DNA of 64,000 nt from Gemmatales bacterium. GTDB taxonomy: Bacteria > Planctomycetota > Planctomycetia > Gemmatales > HRBIN36. This document shows positions 20,356-30,916 of this stretch, in pieces. The notes under the pieces are model-generated. The model did not search any database. It had not been told where the DNA came from and saw only the letters and a program-made list of their open reading frames with translations. Positions within the stretch are counted from its first letter, which is position 1; each line of letters begins with the position of its first letter. The DNA is taken from NCBI GenBank assembly GCA_041640595.1, contig JBEPZY010000003.1:380342-444341 (forward strand), written 5' to 3'. Made by a program: the position numbers and the translations under genes.

Positions 20356-20711
20356 GCCTGGCGAACATCCCGCAAACCTTTAGCGTGTCGCCCGCGCGAC
20401 GCGGAGCAGGGGTAGCTTCGCCCGGCTCGTGACCAGGACCTTCCCTGCAAAGATCGGTCGCCCATCATCACTGCGACCCCAGATGGGCCGGATATTCCCG
20501 CTGTGGTGGATGGCATCGCCTGCAACATCGCTCGCCTTCAGCGCCACGACTATGGCGCTCGACCTAACGGGAAATCGGCCCAGGGTCACCCTTGCGGATG
20601 CGGTGCTAAGCTATCTCCGATGGGTACGAATTTTGCATTGATTGTCAACAGCCGCTCAACTACGGGCATTTTCGGCCTCCAGGTGTGCTATTTCGCAACA
20701 CGGGGTGTGCT

Positions 20712-21974
20712 ATGCTGCAACACCTAACCTTCCCCCGGCGGGCTATAACTCTTGTGGAATTGATTACGGTTTTACTCATCATGTTGCTTTTGATGTCCAT
20801 CAGTGTTCCCTTGATCCTGTATTTCGGCCGAACCAATCGCGATCAGGGTCAGGTTGACGGCTTAGCTCGGTACCTGGGCTCGAATCAATTTCAAGCTATC
20901 CTTCTGCGACAACCCAGGGGCATCAAGCTCAGCCGAAACGCAGGCCCAGATAGTCCGCTACCTCCGAATTCGAGTTGGTTCAACAGGGTCGAGTTTGTTG
21001 AACTCTATCACGATTTTGCTATGCGCGATGCGAGCTTGGCTTTAGGTTGGTCGAGGCTAAGAGCTTTGATGCCTACAGGCCAGGTGCAGGTTATTTCGCG
21101 TGGGTGGGCGATGCTTCCCTCTCTGGTTCAAACTAATCAGGGTCGCACGGTTTATCACCCGGCCGTGGTAAGCTTATATGTGCCCAGCGGCAATCAGTGG
21201 AGAGCTTACCAGCATGGACTGACATCATCGAACTGGCCGAACCTGACTTTGTTTATCGAGTTTGCAGGGCAGGGTCAGACCCGGCAAGCCATTCCTCCAC
21301 TTAGTCCAAATCCGCCTGCCCCGTTGCTCGACCCTTATACTTTTCCGCCACCACCGACATACCGTCCTTATCCTACGACTCCGGTACCATCCGAAAACCC
21401 GCCCATCATGGTTTTCGACCCGTTGAGCGGTCCGAGCGGTCAATGGGTTGCGTTGCGTCCCGGTGAAGAGCCGATATTGCAATCGCATCAACTGTATTTA
21501 GTTGACCCGGCTGCTCCGTGGCCGCCTCCCCCTCAGTTACCCCAGGCACGCCCAGTAAGCGTGTTGTTCTTGCAGGAGCCGAACCCGATTAGCCTCACTT
21601 CGTTCAATTATTCCCTGTACTCTCTCGCAGATAACCCTATCGGCAACGTGGGCAATGAATTTCTGAAAGAGCCGGTGGTTGTGGACAGCACTCGTTGTGT
21701 TCCGGCTAACATAGACAAGGTCATTTTCTCTTACGATCGCTCGGTGCTCTTTCCAAGTGAAGGGCAACTCAGTGGACGAACGATCAACGGCTGGATCGTC
21801 TTCTGGGTCGGCCCTTACGAGGAGCAACCACCGGGTAGCGGGCAATGGGTAATCAAGCCGGAGAAGAGCACGCTGGTATGTATTCACGCAAAAACCGGCC
21901 GAATTCGCCAATTCCCGGTAAATACTGATTCGAGTCTCGGCGACGCCTACTACTATGTCCGTCTGGGACAGTAA
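20712..21974 (+). CDS. Minor pilin/pseudopilin (FimU/GspH-like)
   Basis: Prepilin-like leader RRA|ITLVELITVLLI followed by a hydrophobic helix; C-terminal AKTGRI motif. Confidence 0.75.
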   Translation: MLQHLTFPRRAITLVELITVLLIMLLLMSISVPLILYFGRTNRDQGQVDGLARYLGSNQFQAILLRQPRGIKLSRNAGPDSPLPPNSSWFNRVEFVELYHDFAMRDASLALGWSRLRALMPTGQVQVISRGWAMLPSLVQTNQGRTVYHPAVVSLYVPSGNQWRAYQHGLTSSNWPNLTLFIEFAGQGQTRQAIPPLSPNPPAPLLDPYTFPPPPTYRPYPTTPVPSENPPIMVFDPLSGPSGQWVALRPGEEPILQSHQLYLVDPAAPWPPPPQLPQARPVSVLFLQEPNPISLTSFNYSLYSLADNPIGNVGNEFLKEPVVVDSTRCVPANIDKVIFSYDRSVLFPSEGQLSGRTINGWIVFWVGPYEEQPPGSGQWVIKPEKSTLVCIHAKTGRIRQFPVNTDSSLGDAYYYVRLGQ

Positions 21975-22000
21975 CTTGCTAAGTCCTGATGGGGTCTGCC

Positions 22001-22753
22001 ATGCCGCGTAAGGGATACACGCTGGTTGAGGTGCTGATGGCCCTCTTCCTGCTCGCCTTTGGCCTTCTGGCTATGCTGGTGCTGATGACCGCAGGCATTT
22101 TCCAAACGATGCGACAGGGGCAGGACTTGTCTGTAGAGTACACTTCCGAAAATGCTCATAGTCTGGTGCGGCTCGTCTTGAATTCGCAACCGCCCACCGC
22201 TTCGTTTCAGTGGTACTATCAGCCAGGCGCCTCCCCCAATCTAGGGAATATTTCCGTTGACAAGCCGAACCCACTAAGCGATAACCGGTTATTCTTTTCT
22301 TTGGACACGGAGGGGCCTTATCAAGTCGCAAACAGGGGTATAGCTGGTACTCCGTACCCGTCGCCTGTCCACACTGGCTATCGTGTTCCTTCGCCGGACC
22401 CGGCGCGTTATAGCTATGCCATCGCTGTTCGAAAGATTGACGATACACTCGTGGAGGCAACCGTGGTTACTTTCGCTGAGTGGGACAGCAGCCGTCCGGC
22501 ATACCTTGCTGTTGGTTGGACCCTTGTCCAGGGTCAGGATAGCCTGCCCGCACCACTACCACCTGACCCGAACGGCAATCTGCCTCCTGCTAGAGCCGTT
22601 GGGCTCCTTGATGCCACCAACGGTTTTGCCTATCGCGTAACTCCCTCAGGGGAAATCGTTCCTCCGGTGCGGGCCAATACCAACCAGGTCTATGTGCTGC
22701 AGCAGGTGGTCGGCGTCTTCGATTTAGGGATTATCAACTGGAGAAGGCCGTGA
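22001..22753 (+). CDS. Minor pilin (PilV/GspI-like)
   Basis: RKG|YTLVEVLMALFLLAFGLLAML. Confidence 0.8.
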   Translation: MPRKGYTLVEVLMALFLLAFGLLAMLVLMTAGIFQTMRQGQDLSVEYTSENAHSLVRLVLNSQPPTASFQWYYQPGASPNLGNISVDKPNPLSDNRLFFSLDTEGPYQVANRGIAGTPYPSPVHTGYRVPSPDPARYSYAIAVRKIDDTLVEATVVTFAEWDSSRPAYLAVGWTLVQGQDSLPAPLPPDPNGNLPPARAVGLLDATNGFAYRVTPSGEIVPPVRANTNQVYVLQQVVGVFDLGIINWRRP

Positions 22754-22773
22754 GCTTTTGCGGGAGAATATCC

Positions 22774-24105
22774 ATGTCAGGGCGACGCTCGGCTTTCTCG
22801 CTGGTCGAGATGCTGGTGGTGCTCGCTTTGTCGCTGCTGATTTTCATGCTAACGGCCATGGCGTTCAACATGGCCTCCCGGGCCATGCGTGTGCATCGGG
22901 CTTACGCCGAGGACAGCACTGATCTCGGCAATTTCGAGCGGCAGTTGCGTTTCCTCCTTCGCCAGCGGCATTTTGAAAGCGATCTGCGCGTCAGCGAGAT
23001 AGACCCCAACGATCCGAATCGCCAGCCCAAAGCGGGTTTTTTCGCGGTCATCGAGGGCGGCCCGGAACCTCTCCCGCCTGGGGTTACCTCCCCGCCTGAA
23101 GGAATCTACGTCAAGGACGGACTGAATTTCACGGTTCGGCTCGTTGGCAACTCGCCTACCGACTTTTTCGAAACATCCCTGGTTCAGCCTCCAAACTGGA
23201 CTGCTTCACGGCAGTCTGGATTCAACTTTACGGGACTGCAACCACCGACCTGGCTGCAATTGTACGGGGGTTATCCGGAGTCGCGTTACCAGCCTCTTGC
23301 TACGTCGCCCACGGGTAATTACTCGACCGTTTTCCGCAGTCAGTGGGCCGAGATTGCGATCTTCCTCAGCCGCCAGCCCGATCCCGATGATCCGACCAAG
23401 CGTGCGGCTACGGTACCGATTGACCATCCGGCCCATCCCGATTATTCGCCAAGCCCGAGCAATCCGCCGGCAGCTCGGTTGTACCGATTGCATCTCCGGA
23501 AGCTCCTGCTGTTGCCTTCGCATTTCGCTAAGGGCCAGCAAAACTTTGATATTACACCCGGTGCGCCGGGTGCCGGCACGCCAGGTATAGTCGTTCATAC
23601 CCTGCAGCCACCGCAACCGTGGGGAAACGACCCATGGGGCCGACCGAATCCAGTTTACTACCCGGATGCCTTCGACTTGAGTGTGCGTCGGAACATTCCG
23701 CCTGGCCAACCTTACGAGGAATGGCTCGTGAACACTCCCGTGGACGTAATGAATTCGTCCAATCGCTTTTACAATTCGAGCCTGTTTCGCGCGGGGCGAC
23801 CCTGGGAACCTAATGAGTACGCCGACAATCCCACAACACCGACCAAGTACGAAGGTGATTGGCCGCCTGGCTGGCCCGGACCGCTCAGTTACTACTCCGG
23901 CCGCCAGGGCGAGGATGTCATCCTGCAGAATGTCGTCTCCTTCGATGTCAAGCTGATCCTGATCCAGGGCGGCAGTGTAAACGTAAACGATGGCGGTTAC
24001 GATTCAACGAGCAACAAGCCGCTGCAAGGCATCTGGATACGCATTCGCATTTTCAATCCCAAGACGCAGCAGATGCGCGATTTGGTGATCGTCGAGGCCC
24101 TTTAG
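22774..24105 (+). CDS. Minor pilin (PilW/GspJ-like)
   Basis: RSA|FSLVEMLVVLAL; C-terminal EDVILQNVVSFDVK...LQGIWIRIRI. Confidence 0.8.
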   Translation: MSGRRSAFSLVEMLVVLALSLLIFMLTAMAFNMASRAMRVHRAYAEDSTDLGNFERQLRFLLRQRHFESDLRVSEIDPNDPNRQPKAGFFAVIEGGPEPLPPGVTSPPEGIYVKDGLNFTVRLVGNSPTDFFETSLVQPPNWTASRQSGFNFTGLQPPTWLQLYGGYPESRYQPLATSPTGNYSTVFRSQWAEIAIFLSRQPDPDDPTKRAATVPIDHPAHPDYSPSPSNPPAARLYRLHLRKLLLLPSHFAKGQQNFDITPGAPGAGTPGIVVHTLQPPQPWGNDPWGRPNPVYYPDAFDLSVRRNIPPGQPYEEWLVNTPVDVMNSSNRFYNSSLFRAGRPWEPNEYADNPTTPTKYEGDWPPGWPGPLSYYSGRQGEDVILQNVVSFDVKLILIQGGSVNVNDGGYDSTSNKPLQGIWIRIRIFNPKTQQMRDLVIVEAL

Positions 24106-24161
24106 TCGGCAAACTGTCCGCCTGCTGACGGCCAGGACCCGGCGAGAACCGGAGGCCAACC

Positions 24162-27100
24162 ATGCACCTGGAATCGAAAACCCGTCGCGGGATGGTGCTC
24201 TTTATCGTAGTGGCGATGCTGGCGCTGTTTGCGGTGGTCAGCGTCGCATTTTACTATTACGCCACGCAGGAGAGCATGGCTTCCCGTCTTACCCTCGATG
24301 CGCAACAACGCCTCCGCCCCGACCCCGACGCCCTCTTCGCCTACGCCCTGCGCCAACTGGTGTTCGACGAACCTGGTAACGGCCCGTTCAAAAGCCACAT
24401 GGCCACTCACAGCTTGCTGCGCAATCTGTTCGGCTCCGAAGGACTGGAGCCCTTCTCCGGCACCGGGCGACTGCACGGCCGGGATTATAGTTACTATTCC
24501 AGCAGTTATTACGACACATACTACGCGACTTGCTATGTAAATCGCAGTTACGATCCCGCAAGGGATGGTAGCTGCAACCCGCCCTATACTTTTCCCGATT
24601 TCAACCATTGTTTCCTGGGTCGCATTACTACGGATGGACCGACTGGTCCGCTGGTAGTCCTGGAACAATCCTTCATCCGGCGGAGTGTTCCGGGATCTCC
24701 CGGCCTTGGAGGTGTGCCGCCTTCCAGCTATTTCGACCCGTATGATCCGGTCAATATTGGCTTTTGGAACAACCCGAACTGGCCGGACCCGAATAGCCCT
24801 ATGCCGGTTGCTCTGCGCCAGGCGATCGTTTTTCGCCCGCACCCGCTGTTGCAGCAGTTCGACCCGGCGACGGGCCAACCGAGGTTTCCGCCACCGGCCG
24901 ACATCGGCGGCGATGTTCGCAATTTGCCGCCCGGCATTCCGGTAAAGATTCTGGCGCCAGACCCCAAAACCGGCCAGCTGGTAGATACTGGGCTGCGACA
25001 TTACGGCAACGACAGCATCTGGATGGATCTCGGTTTCCCGGTGCAAACCGGACCCGACGGCCGAACCTATAAGCCCCTGTTCGCATTTTTTATCACCGAC
25101 CTGGACGGGAGGCTTAATTTGAACCAAGTTTTTTGGAACCAGGGGCTGATTTTTGTGCCCGGCGAAAGTCCAGGCGGCTTGAATGGCCACCATGACCATG
25201 AAATGGAGGCGATTTTGCGCCACGGCGACACCCTGGCGGATAGTTTCACCTCTCTGCTTTTTCCAAAACTACCCAACACCATGAAAGACCTTCGTCGCAG
25301 GCACATGCTGACCACGTACAGCGCTGACCTCCGTTACGCCGGCTTCGTCCCGCAAGTCTATCGCGAGTCCTCGACCAAACCCGATTCCTGGGATGGTTCG
25401 CCGAGCCAGAATGACGCGAAGAACAATATCGTCTATCCCGCAGGTAACCCCGATCTTGGACCGCGCTGGGCGGCTTACTCAATGCAGTACCGGGTTCCCC
25501 CCGGCGACACCGAACCCCCTACTTCCCGAACTGTGAACTGGGACTGGCTTGGCCCCAGCCAACCAGGCCAGAAGCCACTTAATAACCTTTACCGCAACCA
25601 GGGCGACTTTCTGACGGTGATAACCACAGCAAAGAGCGGCCAGCCGATCGGTCTCTGGACAGGGCGCACGGCAACCTTTGTCAACCGCTACGACCAGCAG
25701 GGCAACATCATTGGCACAGCCAATTTCCCTTCACGGCAACGCCTTGACCTCAGAAGCAGGGTCAGTTCTCTGCCGCCATATCCACTGGTCGTCAACCTCG
25801 ATAATCCACGACTGGACCCGACGACCAACCTGCCAGAGCCGCGCCGACAGCAACTGGCTAAGGCCATCGCGGCCAGACAGAATCTGGCTCGCGAGATTTA
25901 TTTCCGCCTGCTCTATGTATGCGGCCTGCTGGACGAGGATCCCGCTCCCATTACCGCCCCTGCACCTGGCTGGCTTTCTAAGGTGTATCCAACAAGGCCG
26001 CAGTGGCCTCCTACAGGTGTCCGCGCACGCGTGCTAGATCCCACTAGTCCGACGGACGAAGAGCTAAAGCCACTGCGCTTTCTCGCTCAGCTGGCTGTCA
26101 ATATCGTGGATTTCCTCGATCCGGACGACTACAGCACCCCCTTCATGTTCTACACCGACATGGACGGCTATCCCTTAGCTGATCCGTGGGCACAGGATGC
26201 GAATGGCAATCCGAAATACTGGGTGTTCGGCACGGAAAAGCCCAGGGTGGTGATCAACGAAGTGCTCTTCGAATATCAAGAACCCTATGACAATATGAAG
26301 AGTGCCCGCGTGGATGGCCCGTTCGACATGCGCTGCTGGGTAGAACTTTTGAACGCCAGCGGAGCAAATGTTGTATTGGGCCCCGATGACCCGAATGCAG
26401 GAAATCCTGATGCAGTTGACCTCTCCCGCTATCAAATCGTAATAGCCAGCGCTAGAAATGCCGGCAATACCGTTGACCAGCTGGCTGGTGATAGCAACGG
26501 AGGAAACGTCCTCGGATCATTCCCTGGAAAGGACCTCCGGACTCAGACGAGCGATTCGGACTTCCTGCAGCCGCCACCTGCCGGACAAACTAGTCCAACT
26601 CCTCCGTGGGCCCTGAATTCGACAGAGGCCCTGGTAATAGGTCCTTCAGGGGATACAGTTGACGGGACGCTGGCCGCGACGAACCCCCCGAAGCGGATTC
26701 AATCAGACAATTTGAAATTTTCGCTGGATCGCGCCGGCAATGACTGGAAGTACATGAGCGATGTGGAGCCGACCCCCAAGGGGTATTTCGTGTTGCTTCG
26801 CCGGCTAGCTTACCCGGAAATGCGACGCAATCAGGGAAACCCGGCTGAAGTTCACACCACGGCTGCTACCGTGACGGTGATTCCCAATACAGGTGCGGGA
26901 CCTGCCTGGCTCGATGACTTCGATCCCGGGCAAAACCCGCTCGTGTTGAACCCGTACCTGACTTACGACTATGTTTTGGTCAAGCAAAACCAGGGCCTCT
27001 GCGACCGCACGCAGGATGCCAACCCCAATGAGTCAGTCTCGTGGGCACGCACCCACCCCTATGCCGATTCCAGAAACCAGCAACACAAAAATCTCAATCC

Positions 27101-28061
27101 CAATCCGATTATGGTGAATGGAAACCCGACCAAAACCTGGCATTCGCTTGGTTTCCCAAATCCTAACGAAGCCGAGGCTCCTCCGCTTTACCATCCGAAT
27201 GGTCTTTTCCGGTCCGCAAATCCCACTCCGGTTCCGATAGGCACAATGGACTTGCTGCGAGTATCCGCGTTCAAGCAGCACCTGCTGACGCAGCGGTTTT
27301 TGAAAAGTGATCCAAGCTATCCGAATTACCATTACGCGCCCTGGTTCGACGAACCGCCGGGGCAGGGGCAAACAGCTCGGATTTACCGTGCTCTGGAGTT
27401 CCTGGAGATAACTCCCGATAACCTTGCAAAAATGAATGTGAATCCTAGCGCACATCGCACGGTGGGGAAAGTCAATATTAACACCGCGACTCCCGAAGAA
27501 ATTTTCTTAGCACTTACGAACGCTACCCAGGGCGGGCGTTGGCAGGCTATATATAGTCGCCGCGAAGCTCCATCGCCGCCTCAACCCATTTACGGATTTG
27601 CGCCAGGGCAAATCGCTGCCACTCCTCCGCCGCTACCGAACGGTCTCAGCAGAGAGGATTCCTGGTGGCGAATGGATAGTGGCGGCAACTCGCAGGTGTT
27701 TTTGGATGCCTTCCCGAGTTCAATTCCTGATCCCCTCCATGAGCAGGCAAATCTGTTTGCGGACCTTTACGATAAAATCACCACGCGGAGTAATGTGTTT
27801 GCGGTGTGGTGTACGGTCGGCTTCTTCGAGGTGGATCAGAACGGCAAGCTGGGGCCGGAGATTGATGCGGATGTGGGTCGGCAGGTGCGCTATCGTTTCT
27901 TCGCCATCGTGGACCGCACCATTATCGCCGAGTGGATGTTGCAGAACAACAAGCCCGTGGAAACTCAGCTGGGGCGAACGGATATCGATCCGAGACGGAC
28001 TGGCCCCAGCCGCCCCAACGGCGAGCCCCCGTGTGTGATTTACTGGTCGCGGATTCAGTGA
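24162..28061 (+). CDS. Giant PilX/GspK-like minor pilin (1299 aa)
   Basis: RRG|MVLFIVVAMLALF (no Glu5, as in PilX/GspK), DLDGRLNLN, VNIVDFLDPD, GKVNINTA, TTRSNVFAVW. Confidence 0.8.
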   Translation: MHLESKTRRGMVLFIVVAMLALFAVVSVAFYYYATQESMASRLTLDAQQRLRPDPDALFAYALRQLVFDEPGNGPFKSHMATHSLLRNLFGSEGLEPFSGTGRLHGRDYSYYSSSYYDTYYATCYVNRSYDPARDGSCNPPYTFPDFNHCFLGRITTDGPTGPLVVLEQSFIRRSVPGSPGLGGVPPSSYFDPYDPVNIGFWNNPNWPDPNSPMPVALRQAIVFRPHPLLQQFDPATGQPRFPPPADIGGDVRNLPPGIPVKILAPDPKTGQLVDTGLRHYGNDSIWMDLGFPVQTGPDGRTYKPLFAFFITDLDGRLNLNQVFWNQGLIFVPGESPGGLNGHHDHEMEAILRHGDTLADSFTSLLFPKLPNTMKDLRRRHMLTTYSADLRYAGFVPQVYRESSTKPDSWDGSPSQNDAKNNIVYPAGNPDLGPRWAAYSMQYRVPPGDTEPPTSRTVNWDWLGPSQPGQKPLNNLYRNQGDFLTVITTAKSGQPIGLWTGRTATFVNRYDQQGNIIGTANFPSRQRLDLRSRVSSLPPYPLVVNLDNPRLDPTTNLPEPRRQQLAKAIAARQNLAREIYFRLLYVCGLLDEDPAPITAPAPGWLSKVYPTRPQWPPTGVRARVLDPTSPTDEELKPLRFLAQLAVNIVDFLDPDDYSTPFMFYTDMDGYPLADPWAQDANGNPKYWVFGTEKPRVVINEVLFEYQEPYDNMKSARVDGPFDMRCWVELLNASGANVVLGPDDPNAGNPDAVDLSRYQIVIASARNAGNTVDQLAGDSNGGNVLGSFPGKDLRTQTSDSDFLQPPPAGQTSPTPPWALNSTEALVIGPSGDTVDGTLAATNPPKRIQSDNLKFSLDRAGNDWKYMSDVEPTPKGYFVLLRRLAYPEMRRNQGNPAEVHTTAATVTVIPNTGAGPAWLDDFDPGQNPLVLNPYLTYDYVLVKQNQGLCDRTQDANPNESVSWARTHPYADSRNQQHKNLNPNPIMVNGNPTKTWHSLGFPNPNEAEAPPLYHPNGLFRSANPTPVPIGTMDLLRVSAFKQHLLTQRFLKSDPSYPNYHYAPWFDEPPGQGQTARIYRALEFLEITPDNLAKMNVNPSAHRTVGKVNINTATPEEIFLALTNATQGGRWQAIYSRREAPSPPQPIYGFAPGQIAATPPPLPNGLSREDSWWRMDSGGNSQVFLDAFPSSIPDPLHEQANLFADLYDKITTRSNVFAVWCTVGFFEVDQNGKLGPEIDADVGRQVRYRFFAIVDRTIIAEWMLQNNKPVETQLGRTDIDPRRTGPSRPNGEPPCVIYWSRIQ

Positions 28062-28086
28062 GGGGGACTGGGACGGAGGCAGGGAA

Positions 28087-28700
28087 CCATCCGGCCGGCG
28101 GCATTCCCTCACCCGGCGACAGGTGTGTGGAACAGGATGACGGCCAGCAGTTCGATTAGCGTCCATCCCCGGTGGCATTCGCTCACCTGGCGGCAGGTGT
28201 GTGGAAGAGGGCCGTTTCCATCGCAGCGATGCAGCCCGCCGTTATCCGTCCGACGCCCGCCTCAACGGCAATTTGTTGGCCCCGCAGCGTTTCCATCGCA
28301 GCGATGCAGCCTTTCGCTATTCGTCCCGCCCGGCGATACCCGGCCCCTGGTTGCACCATCCCGCGGTGTGTGTCAGGTGGGCGATTATCCGACCCGTCAA
28401 CAGGATTCGGTTCCGCGTGGCATCATCGCCCGGTAGCGCGGTGTGCTCGGCAGGTGGGCGATTGTCCATCTCCGCGACAACATTCGTCTCAACGTGGCGC
28501 CGTGCCACTATGCCGCGCTTGCCCGGCAAGCAGCTGGGTCTGGACGACCGCATTTCGAGCCGTCTGCCGCCGGTTCACCGACGGGGCTATGCACAGCATT
28601 GTCGTCTAAGCGACCGCATTTCGAGCCGTTTGCAGCCAACGCGATGACGGGGCGTTGCATAGCAGTACCAGGTAAGCGACGGCACTTCGAAACGGAGCCG
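28087..28700. repeat. Mosaic of four different local direct-repeat sets
   Basis: 28100/28174 (period 74), 28214/28289 (75), 28363/28438 (75-77), 28545/28611/28677 (66). Confidence 0.8.
28214..28325 (-). CRISPR. Candidate two-repeat mini-array (37-bp repeats, 38-bp spacer); may be an ectopic integration scar instead
   Basis: Minus-strand repeat ends TGCA-TCGC-TGCG-ATGGAAAC; 5 mismatches between copies; about 0.8 kb downstream of and co-oriented with the cas operon. Confidence 0.3.
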
Positions 28701-29113
28701 CAAAGCGACCGGCTGAGTGTGGCCGCGACAGTGTTCGAACTGCCGGCGTGGTTCGTGTACCTTGCCCCGTTTGGCCGCAAGCTGCCGACGAAGTGAGCCT
28801 GCGATGCTCGCCCTGAGTTATGCCCAGTTTTGACGGGAGCTCCGCTGGAGGTGAGGTGTGGGGATAATAACGGTTACGTCGGATGGCCTGGTTTTCCTGG
28901 GGCACCTGGAACACGCAAGGCCTGCCTGTGCTTGCTCAGGTTATGGCAAAGGGCCACCGACCGCCAGGCACGCAGTTGGCTACGATCGGCTTGGCTGCAC
29001 GCAACAATGATGTCAGCGCCCGGTGCGTGAGGCCGGGAAAAACAGAAGTTTTCGTAAGCTCTTGGCCTGCGTGTGTTGCGAAATCGCCCGCCCTTACCAA
29101 AACCGTGGATGAG

Positions 29114-29485
29114 TCAGCTTTGGCGACGACGGCCGGAGTCTCTTCGACGTTCGCGGGGAGCAACTTGTTCACCGCCGCTCCCTTGGGTAAACGTCAGCCA
29201 CTCCAGCTCCCGGCTTACGTAGCCGAAGACCTCCTCTAAATCATCGAGGGAAATTCCTTGCAACCTGGTGTAATGCTGTTGGATAGTTTGGAAAATGCAT
29301 TCAGCTGCTCTCTTGGGGTCTGGGCGCACCACAGGCGAGTTGCTTAGGTAACGAGCGAACTGCAGGGCACGCTGCAGGTCGCGGACTTGAGCAAAGTAAT
29401 TAGCCCATCGCTGCCATTCGCTCCGCTTTATTCGAAGTGCTTCAGCTAACCCACGGGCTAGTGTTACCTTTTCATCAGTGGTCAT
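29114..29485 (-). CDS. Small alpha-helical Cas-associated protein (second Cas11/small-subunit-like)
   Basis: 123 aa, translationally coupled (TGATG) to the upstream RAMP gene; helical, ends FGYVSRELEW. Confidence 0.6.
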   Translation of the reverse strand: MTTDEKVTLARGLAEALRIKRSEWQRWANYFAQVRDLQRALQFARYLSNSPVVRPDPKRAAECIFQTIQQHYTRLQGISLDDLEEVFGYVSRELEWLTFTQGSGGEQVAPRERRRDSGRRRQS

Positions 29486-30480
29486 CAGTATAAGCCTCCC
29501 GGACATGGTGGGTTGGTTTTGGACGCGAACTCCCGGACGGCATTGTTCCACGAAGCCAGGTGTAGCAGTGCACGCTCGCGGCATTCCTTAAGGCAGCGGA
29601 GTGAGAACTCAATTAATTGCTGTCCCACGATCTCCTGGCGAGTGAAAAGCCCCTGGCGGGTGAGGTTCCAGAGGCGTAACCGGGCCAGGCTAACACTGGC
29701 CGAACCCAAGCAGCGCGGCTTGGCACCACCGAGCTTGGGGACGAAGACCTCTGTCAATTGGTTGTCCTTCATTTCCCAGCCGAAGGCGTAAAAGATGAGT
29801 CCCAGCTCTGCTTCGCTAACATTTTCGATGGTTAGAGTTCCTCGAAACTTCGTATCCTTGGACACCGCCTCCACAAATCGAAATCCAGATTGTGGTCGAG
29901 AATTGCCCACGGGTTGAAAACGTTTACGCTCGTAAAAACGACGTTGGGTGTGGTCGTATCGCTTTGGCTCCCAAAGTTCGCCAATTTTGATGATTTCGGG
30001 CCGGACATCCGATTCAGGCAAAAAGTCTGAAAAATGCACCCGCCCTCGGTAGCCCGTTGTCCCGAAGAGTCGGCAAGCAGGGCAGAGCGGGCTGTTTTCG
30101 TCCTTGAATCCACAGAGATGGTGGGCGTTTGAACGCACCTGCTCTCTGGGGCGTCGAATTTGCGACACGCACGAATTGGAGATGGCCTCGACGATGGCCC
30201 GGATGGCGCCTTTGATGCTGGTGCCGGGCACGCAGAGTTTCCCATTGCGACGATAAAACGTGTACCAGACATCGGGGCGGTCGCCTCGAGCGTTCGGATC
30301 GAACTCATACGCTCCGGAACCGACAAAGAGATACTCCGACGCTACGGTGAAAGACAGTTCCAAGCGACCGGTGAGACCCGTAAACTTCTCATGCGTTACC
30401 ACGGGTTTGCGGTCCGGGGCTTGAGTGGGGATGGGGATGAGAGCAAACGGTTTCGGCTCGATGTTAGGATTTCTCGGCAT
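29485..30480 (-). CDS. RAMP/Cas7-group protein (terminal III-D Cas7)
   Basis: KPFALIP, GRLELSF, VPGTSIKGAIRAIVEAISNSC, CPACRLFG, G-rich loop LGGAKPRCLG. Confidence 0.85.
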   Translation of the reverse strand: MPRNPNIEPKPFALIPIPTQAPDRKPVVTHEKFTGLTGRLELSFTVASEYLFVGSGAYEFDPNARGDRPDVWYTFYRRNGKLCVPGTSIKGAIRAIVEAISNSCVSQIRRPREQVRSNAHHLCGFKDENSPLCPACRLFGTTGYRGRVHFSDFLPESDVRPEIIKIGELWEPKRYDHTQRRFYERKRFQPVGNSRPQSGFRFVEAVSKDTKFRGTLTIENVSEAELGLIFYAFGWEMKDNQLTEVFVPKLGGAKPRCLGSASVSLARLRLWNLTRQGLFTRQEIVGQQLIEFSLRCLKECRERALLHLASWNNAVREFASKTNPPCPGGLY

Positions 30481-30916
30481 ACTGCACCTCCCTTGGGCTG
30501 ACAAAGACCTTGACGCCGTTACGTGAAAAAACCCGACACCGCAGTTTTGCGCCCGAACGACCGCCGCCGGGATAGGCAGAAAACTGCGGGGCAAAGCGCT
30601 TGTCGTCGAGGTCCACGAGATGAAGCTCAGACTCGTGATGCTGCCAGGTTCCCTCCAGGAGTTTGATTTCCTGGGGCAAGTTCGTGAGCTCGGTGTCGCT
30701 CAGGATAAGTACACGAAAACGAGCGTGGGAAGTGGCTTCCCAGCGGACTTCCAGATTGGAGTTAAAAGCAGAGCCAGCCTGCCGAAGCTCTATGCCAGGT
30801 GGGAAGTCGAGCCGAGCCAGGTCCCAGCTCAGAATCGTGAGTTCTGCAAATGACTGAAGGAGCGAGCGGAGCGTTGCACTGTCGAGCTGGCCGCCGTACA
30901 CCCATCCTTTGTTCAT
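30464..30916 (-). CDS. csx19: Csx19-like type III-D subunit
   Basis: 150 aa, located just before the terminal Cas7 as in III-D operons; AFNSNLEVRW motif. Confidence 0.65.
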   Translation of the reverse strand: MNKGWVYGGQLDSATLRSLLQSFAELTILSWDLARLDFPPGIELRQAGSAFNSNLEVRWEATSHARFRVLILSDTELTNLPQEIKLLEGTWQHHESELHLVDLDDKRFAPQFSAYPGGGRSGAKLRCRVFSRNGVKVFVSPREVQYAEKS

